DNA of 64,000 nt, from positions 3,424,001 through 3,488,000 of the forward strand of contig OZ241744.1 in assembly GCA_965200965.1 (NCBI GenBank), in the 5' to 3' direction. The notes under the pieces are model-generated. The model was not told where the DNA came from. It worked only from the letters and a program-made list of their open reading frames with translations, and did no database searches. The position numbers and the translations under genes were made by a program. This document shows, in pieces, positions 58,093-64,000 of the stretch. The DNA comes from an uncultured Candidatus Binatia bacterium (GTDB lineage: Bacteria; Desulfobacterota; Binatia; Bin18). The stretch's first letter is position 1; each line of letters opens with the position of its first letter.

Positions 58093-58347
58093 TCAGTCGG
58101 CCAGCAGTTCGTCTAGCTCGCCGCACCTCTCCAGTTCGTTCAACTCGGAGAAGCCGCCGAGCGACTGATCGGCAATAAAAATCTGCGGCACGGTGGGCTG
58201 GCCGGAGCGTTCTCTGAGTTCCTGGCGCAGGGCCGGCTTGCCGGTGGCGTCGATCTCTTCAAACGGCACGCCTTTTTTGGTCAGCAAGGATTTGGCCGCG
58301 GTACAGTAGGGACAAAACAGGGTGGTGTATATTGTGACTGGCTTCAT
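58093..58347 (-). CDS. grxC: glutaredoxin 3
   Basis: VTIYTT..CPYC, TVPQIFI, GG. Confidence 0.93.
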   Translation of the reverse strand: MKPVTIYTTLFCPYCTAAKSLLTKKGVPFEEIDATGKPALRQELRERSGQPTVPQIFIADQSLGGFSELNELERCGELDELLAD

Positions 58348-58418
58348 GGCTTTCCGTCCTTTGGGTCGTGGGGCTGCTCTGGTTGTATGCCATGAGCCGG
58401 TCGGACTCAAGGGGTGGC

Positions 58419-59903
58419 TCAGGGCAGGTTGGTGCTGCCCATCAGATAACGGTCGCACTCGCGGGCGGCACCGCGGCCTTCGTGGAGCGCCCACACGACG
58501 AGGCTTTGGCCGCGACGGGCGTCGCCGGCGGCAAACACGCCCTTGACGCTCGTAGCGTATGTGCCATACTCGGCAGCTATGTTGGAGCGGTTGTCACGCT
58601 CCACGCCCAACTCTTCCAGGATGGGGTCTTCCGGCCCCAGAAAGCCCATAGCCAGCAGCACTAGCTCGGCCGGCCAGACCCTTTCGGTGCCTGGGAGAGG
58701 CTTGGGAACGAAGGCACCGTTATCGTTTGTGGTCCACTCGACCTGAACGGTGTGGAGTTCCTTGACCCGCCCGTTTTCGTCTCCGACAAACTTTTCGGTC
58801 TGGATCAGGAATATCCGCGGGTCAACCCCAAACCGGGCCAGGGCCTCTTCCTGGCCGTAGTCAACGCGAAAGATTCGGGGCCATTCCGGCCACGGGTTGT
58901 CGGCCTGGCGTACTGCCGGCGGTCGGGGCAGGATTTCAAACTGGGTCAGGCTTTTGCATCGGTGACGCATGGCGGTGCCAACGCAGTCGGTGCCAGTATC
59001 GCCGCCGCCAATGACAATCACATGCTTGTCGGTGGCTGAGATGTACGCGCCGTCGGCGTGCTTGGAGTCGAGCAGGCTCTTGGTGTTGGCGTGCAGAAAC
59101 TCCATTGCAAAGTGAATCCGATTGAGGTCGCGGCCCTCAATCGGAAAATTTCGGGGTTTGGTTGCCCCGCAGCACAAGACGAGGGCGTCGAACTCCTCAC
59201 GCAGCCGGACGGCCGACACATCGCTGCCAACCGCGGTGTTGGTGACAAAGCGCACGCCTTCAGCGGCCAACTGCTCAACTCGGCGTTGGACTTGCTGCTT
59301 ATCGAGCTTCATGTTGGGGATGCCGTACATCAGCAGGCCGCCAATGCGGTCGGCCCGCTCATAGACCGTCACCCAATGACCGGCCCGGTTGAGCTGGGCG
59401 GCGCAGGCCAAGCCGGCCGGACCGGAGCCGACCACGGCGACTGTTTTGCCGCTGCGTTTGGTCGGCAGTTCTGGGATGACCCAGCCCTCGGCAAAGCCGT
59501 GGTCAATAATTGAACACTCGATGTTTTTGATGGTGACTGGCGGGTTGGTGATGCCGAGCACGCACGAGCCTTCGCACGGGGCCGGGCACACCCGGCCGGT
59601 GAACTCTGGGAAGTTGTTTGTCTTGTGCAGGCGCTCCAGGGCCTCTTTCCACAGGTCACGGTAGACGAGGTCGTTCCATTCGGGGATGAGGTTGTTCAGC
59701 GGACAGCCCGAGGCCATGCCACTCAGCAGGATTCCGGTGTGGCAGAAGGGGATGCCGCAGTCCATGCAGCGTCCGCCCTGTTGCCGGAGTTTGTCTGCGG
59801 GCAGATGGGCGTGAAACTCCTGCCAGTCGTTGGCCCGTTCCAAGGCAGAACGGTCGGCCGGCAACTCACGCTGAAATTCCATAAATCCGGTTGGCTTACC
59901 CAT
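58419..59903 (-). CDS. gltD: glutamate synthase small subunit
   Basis: [39 protein letters not shown]; alternative ATG 59912. Confidence 0.97.
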   Translation of the reverse strand: MGKPTGFMEFQRELPADRSALERANDWQEFHAHLPADKLRQQGGRCMDCGIPFCHTGILLSGMASGCPLNNLIPEWNDLVYRDLWKEALERLHKTNNFPEFTGRVCPAPCEGSCVLGITNPPVTIKNIECSIIDHGFAEGWVIPELPTKRSGKTVAVVGSGPAGLACAAQLNRAGHWVTVYERADRIGGLLMYGIPNMKLDKQQVQRRVEQLAAEGVRFVTNTAVGSDVSAVRLREEFDALVLCCGATKPRNFPIEGRDLNRIHFAMEFLHANTKSLLDSKHADGAYISATDKHVIVIGGGDTGTDCVGTAMRHRCKSLTQFEILPRPPAVRQADNPWPEWPRIFRVDYGQEEALARFGVDPRIFLIQTEKFVGDENGRVKELHTVQVEWTTNDNGAFVPKPLPGTERVWPAELVLLAMGFLGPEDPILEELGVERDNRSNIAAEYGTYATSVKGVFAAGDARRGQSLVVWALHEGRGAARECDRYLMGSTNLP

Positions 59904-59933
59904 GTCGGTCATCTGCTCCTTTGGTCTGCACGC

Positions 59934-62900
59934 TCAGTTGCCGCTGACACGGGCGGCGTCATTCTTATTCGCCTCAAAGGCGGCCATTACCGCGTCTTCG
60001 CCGGCCAGCCCTCCCCGCTCGGCCCGCCCGATGGCTTCGAGCATACGCTGGTAGTCTTTGGGCATGACCTTCACAAACTTTGCGGCCGCGGTGGGCCACC
60101 TGGCCAGCTCTTGCCGGGCGTGTTGGCTGTGGGTGTAGCCGGCGTGACGGCGGAGCAGCGCTTCGAGTTCTTGCAAATCGTCGGCGCTGGGGACCTGGAG
60201 GGAGACGGTCTCCAGGTTGCAGTGGTCCTGGAAGTCGCCGTCCTCGTCATAGATGTAGGCCACGCCGCCCGACATGCCGGCCCCGAAGTTCCGCCCGGTC
60301 TTGCCCAGCACCACAACCCGGCCGCCGGTCATATACTCGCAGCCGTGGTCGCCGACACCCTCGACAACGGCCCGCACGCCACTGTTGCGGACGCAGAAGC
60401 GCTCGCCGGCCATCCCCCGGATATAGGCTTCGCCGCTGGTGGCACCGTAGAAGGCGACATTGCCGATGATGATGTTGTCTTCGGGCCGAAAGCTTGAGCC
60501 GTGGGGCGGATAGGCGATGATTTTTCCACCCGATAAACCCTTGCCGCAGTAGTCGTTGGCGTCGCCCTCTAGCTCCAGGGTGATGCCGGGCGGGACAAAC
60601 GCGCCAAAGCTTTGGCCAGCCGAGCCGTGCAGGTGAAAGTGGATGTGATCTTCGGGCAAGCCCTGGGGACCAAACCGCCGGGTCAGCTCGCTGCCCAGAA
60701 TCGTGCCCGCCACCCGGTCGGTATTTTTGATCGGCAGGCTATGTTTGACTTTTTCGCCGTGCTCCAGGGCGGGGGCGGCGAGTTTGAGCAGGGTGGTGTT
60801 GTCAAGGGCTTTGTCAAGGCCGTGGTTCTGGTCAATCTGACAATAGCGGCCGACCTCCGGGTCGGCTTCCGGCTGGTAGAGTATGGCCGAATAGTCCAGC
60901 CCTCTGGCTTTCCAGTGATCAACGGCGCGGCGGACCTCGAGCCGGTCGGTCCGACCGATCAGGTCATTCACGCTGCGGAAGCCGAGCCGGGCCATGTACT
61001 CGCGCATTTCCTGCGCGATGAAGCGCATGAAGTGTACCGTGTAGGCCGGGTCGCCCATGAACTTGTTGCGCAGGACCGGGTTTTGGGTGGCTACCCCAAC
61101 CGGGCAGGTATCGAGGTGACACACCCGCATCATGATACAGCCGAGGGTGACGAGGGCGGTGGTGGCAAAGCCGTACTCTTCTGCGCCGAGCAGGGCCGCC
61201 ACGATCACATCGCGGCCGGTTTTGAGTTGGCCGTCGGTTTCAACCACGATGCGGCTGCGCAGGTCGTTCAGCACCAGGGTTTGATGGGTCTCGGCCACCC
61301 CCAACTCCCAGGGCAAGCCGGCGTGTTTTATGCTGGTCTGGGGCGAGGCACCGGTGCCGCCGTCGTGGCCGCTGATCAACACTACATCGGCGTGGCCCTT
61401 GGCCACCCCCGCGGCGATTGTGCCGACCCCGACTTCCGAGACGAGCTTGACACAGATGCGGGCGTGATGGTTGGAGTTCTTGAGATCGTGGATCAGCTGG
61501 GCCAAATCTTCAATTGAATAGATATCGTGGTGAGGCGGTGGGGAGATGAGGCCCACGCCGGGCGTGGACAGCCGGACTTTGGCGATCCAGGGGTAGACCT
61601 TGCGCCCCGGCAGCTCGCCGCCTTCGCCCGGTTTTGCACCCTGGGCCATCTTGATCTGGAGTTCCTGGGCCTGGGTCAGGTAGTAGCTGGTCACGCCAAA
61701 CCGGCCCGAGGCGACCTGCTTGATCGCGCTGTTGCGCGAGTCGCCGTTGGGGTCGAGGGTGTAGCGTGCTGGGTCCTCCCCGCCTTCGCCGGTGTTGCTC
61801 TTGCCACCGATCCGGTTCATGGCAATGGCGAGGGCTTCGTGGGCTTCTTGACTGATTGAGCCGTAGGACATGGCCCCAGTCTTGAACCGCCTGGTAATGG
61901 CTTCGACCGGTTCGACCTCATCAATGGGGATGGGGTCGGGGGCATACTTGAAGCCCAACAGACCGCGCAGCGTGGCCAGTCGCTGGGACTGGTCGTCAAT
62001 CAGGCCGGAGTATTGCTTGAAGGTGGTGTAATCGTTGGTGCGGCAGGCTTTCTGGAGCAGGTGAATTGTGCGCGGGTTGAACAGGTGGAGTTCACCGTCT
62101 TTGCGGTACTGGTACTGACCGTAGACCTCAAGGGTCCGACCGTTGACCGGAATCTCGGGAAACGCTTTGGCGTGTTGGCGTTCGGCCTCCGCGGCCACTG
62201 CCTCGAGGTCGGTCCCGCCGACCCGGGACGGGGTCCAGGTAAAATAGCGGTCGATCAGCGCTTGGCCGAGCCCTACGGCCTCAAAAATCTGGGCCCCGCA
62301 GTAGGACTTGATGGTCGAAATGCCCATTTTTGACATGACTTTGACCACCCCTTTGACCACGGCTTTTTTATACCCAGCGACTGCCTCGTCATAGCTGATG
62401 TCCTTCAGCATGCCCTGGCCGATCATGTCGCTCAGGCATTCGTAGACCATATACGGATTGAAAGCCTGAATGCCGTAGCCGAGCAGCAGGCAGAAGTGGT
62501 GGACCTCGCGCGGCTCGCCGGACTCCAGGACGAGGCCGACCCGCGTTCGGCTGCCAGTCCGAATCAGGTGATGGTGGAGGCCGGACGAGGCCAGCAGGGC
62601 CGGGATGGGCGCATGGTCGCGATCAACGCCCGTATCGGACAGGATGAGAATTGTTGCCCCGTTGGCAATGGCGCGGTCGGCGGCCTGGTACAGCCCTTCC
62701 AAGGCCTGTTCGAGGCCAGCTTTGCCGCTGCCGGGCGGAAACAGGATGGGCAGCGTTGTGACGTGCAGGCCGGCGAGATCAAGGCGACGCAGCTTTTCCA
62801 GCTCGCCGTTGCTCAGGATCGGGGTTGACAGACGTAGTTGGCGGCAGCTTTCCGGCTGGGGGTCAAGCAGATTGCCCTCCGCGCCCAGGGTGAGGGTGGT

Positions 62901-64000
62901 TGAGGTGATGAGTTCTTCTCGAATCGGATCAATCGGCGGGTTGGTCACCTGGGCGAACAACTGCTTAAAATAGCTGTACAGCAGTTGTGGCTTGTCGGAT
63001 AGCACGGCCAGCGGCGTATCCGTTCCCATTGAGCCGACCGGCTGGATGCCGTTCACAGCCATGGGACCAATGTTAATGCGCAGGTCTTCAAAGCTGTAGC
63101 CAAAGGCCTGGAGGTGTTGCAGGCTGGCCTCGTGATCGTAGGCCGGCTGAGGGTCGTCAAAGGCCGGCAGTGCATCAAAGTGGACCAGGTTGGCGTCCAG
63201 CCAGTCCTGGTAGGCGTGCTCGGTAGCAATGTGCCGCTTGAGTTCTTCGTCGCTGATGATACGGCTCTGTTCGGTATCAACCAGGAACATCCGGCCCGGC
63301 TGGAGACGGCGCTTTTCCAGTACGCGCTCAGGCTCGACCTCCAGCACGCCCACTTCCGAGGCCATAATCACTAGATCGTCCTTGGTGACGTAGTAGCGCG
63401 AGGGGCGCAGGCCGTTGCGGTCGAGCACGGCCCCGACACGCAGCCCGTCGGTAAACGCAATGGAGGCCGGACCGTCCCAGGGTTCCATCAGGCTGCTGTG
63501 GTATTCGTAAAAGGCGCGCTTGGCCGGGTCCATGCTGGCGTGGTTTTCCCACGGTTCGGGGATCATCATCATCATTGCGTGGGCCAGTGAGCGGCCGCTC
63601 AGGGCCAGGAACTCCAGACAGTTGTCGAACTTGGCCGAATCGCTGCCGTCCTCCAGGATAATCGGAAAAATTTTGGGCAGATCGCCACGAAACAGCCCGG
63701 TTGCCAGAATGGACTGCCGGGCGTGCATCCAGTTCTCATTGCCGCGCAGGGTATTAATTTCTCCGTTATGAATGATGTAGCGATACGGGTGCGAGCGCTC
63801 CCAACTCGGAAAGGTGTTGGTGCTGAAACGCGAGTGGATCAGACAAATTGCCGTTTCTACACGCGGGTCGGTCAGCTCGGGGTAGAAGACGGCCACCTGC
63901 CGGGGCGTTAACATGCCTTTGTAGATCAGGGTCCGACACGACAGGCTGGGGATGTAGAAAAACTCTCCGCCAGGGGTGTCGCCATACCGAATCGCATTGG
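59934..64000 (-). CDS. gltB: glutamate synthase large subunit (5' end outside window)
   Basis: [53 protein letters not shown]. Confidence 0.98.
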   Translation of the reverse strand, partial: NAIRYGDTPGGEFFYIPSLSCRTLIYKGMLTPRQVAVFYPELTDPRVETAICLIHSRFSTNTFPSWERSHPYRYIIHNGEINTLRGNENWMHARQSILATGLFRGDLPKIFPIILEDGSDSAKFDNCLEFLALSGRSLAHAMMMMIPEPWENHASMDPAKRAFYEYHSSLMEPWDGPASIAFTDGLRVGAVLDRNGLRPSRYYVTKDDLVIMASEVGVLEVEPERVLEKRRLQPGRMFLVDTEQSRIISDEELKRHIATEHAYQDWLDANLVHFDALPAFDDPQPAYDHEASLQHLQAFGYSFEDLRINIGPMAVNGIQPVGSMGTDTPLAVLSDKPQLLYSYFKQLFAQVTNPPIDPIREELITSTTLTLGAEGNLLDPQPESCRQLRLSTPILSNGELEKLRRLDLAGLHVTTLPILFPPGSGKAGLEQALEGLYQAADRAIANGATILILSDTGVDRDHAPIPALLASSGLHHHLIRTGSRTRVGLVLESGEPREVHHFCLLLGYGIQAFNPYMVYECLSDMIGQGMLKDISYDEAVAGYKKAVVKGVVKVMSKMGISTIKSYCGAQIFEAVGLGQALIDRYFTWTPSRVGGTDLEAVAAEAERQHAKAFPEIPVNGRTLEVYGQYQYRKDGELHLFNPRTIHLLQKACRTNDYTTFKQYSGLIDDQSQRLATLRGLLGFKYAPDPIPIDEVEPVEAITRRFKTGAMSYGSISQEAHEALAIAMNRIGGKSNTGEGGEDPARYTLDPNGDSRNSAIKQVASGRFGVTSYYLTQAQELQIKMAQGAKPGEGGELPGRKVYPWIAKVRLSTPGVGLISPPPHHDIYSIEDLAQLIHDLKNSNHHARICVKLVSEVGVGTIAAGVAKGHADVVLISGHDGGTGASPQTSIKHAGLPWELGVAETHQTLVLNDLRSRIVVETDGQLKTGRDVIVAALLGAEEYGFATTALVTLGCIMMRVCHLDTCPVGVATQNPVLRNKFMGDPAYTVHFMRFIAQEMREYMARLGFRSVNDLIGRTDRLEVRRAVDHWKARGLDYSAILYQPEADPEVGRYCQIDQNHGLDKALDNTTLLKLAAPALEHGEKVKHSLPIKNTDRVAGTILGSELTRRFGPQGLPEDHIHFHLHGSAGQSFGAFVPPGITLELEGDANDYCGKGLSGGKIIAYPPHGSSFRPEDNIIIGNVAFYGATSGEAYIRGMAGERFCVRNSGVRAVVEGVGDHGCEYMTGGRVVVLGKTGRNFGAGMSGGVAYIYDEDGDFQDHCNLETVSLQVPSADDLQELEALLRRHAGYTHSQHARQELARWPTAAAKFVKVMPKDYQRMLEAIGRAERGGLAGEDAVMAAFEANKNDAARVSGN

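Overview
Core chromosomal region of a GC-rich bacterium. Gene order and protein signatures look delta-proteobacterial, plausibly Binatota-like (inference only). Contents in order: nuoM(3' end)-nuoN; 5 tRNAs; tig-clpP-clpX-lon; 2 tRNAs; rplM-rpsI; lptFG divergent from rlmB; a tRNA-tuf-trnW-secE-nusG-rplKAJL-rpoBC-rpsLG-tuf-S10-spc-alpha superoperon; SPOR-trpDCFBA; enoyl-CoA hydratase; nuoFG; xth; an LLM oxidoreductase; a UGA/SECIS selenoprotein; a beta-barrel OMP; grxC; gltD and gltB (5' end outside the window). The most unusual observations are in RNA polymerase. (1) An AT-richer PD-(D/E)xK restriction-endonuclease-like domain is fused in frame to the N-terminus of RpoA. (2) A ~200-aa mosaic tandem-repeat helical insertion sits inside the SI3 domain of RpoC. 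In addition, fusA, rplX, rpmG, adk and infA are missing from their usual operon positions, and the two apparently identical tuf copies have a strongly G-ending codon bias. All calls come from reading the sequence and the ORF track; no database searches were run.
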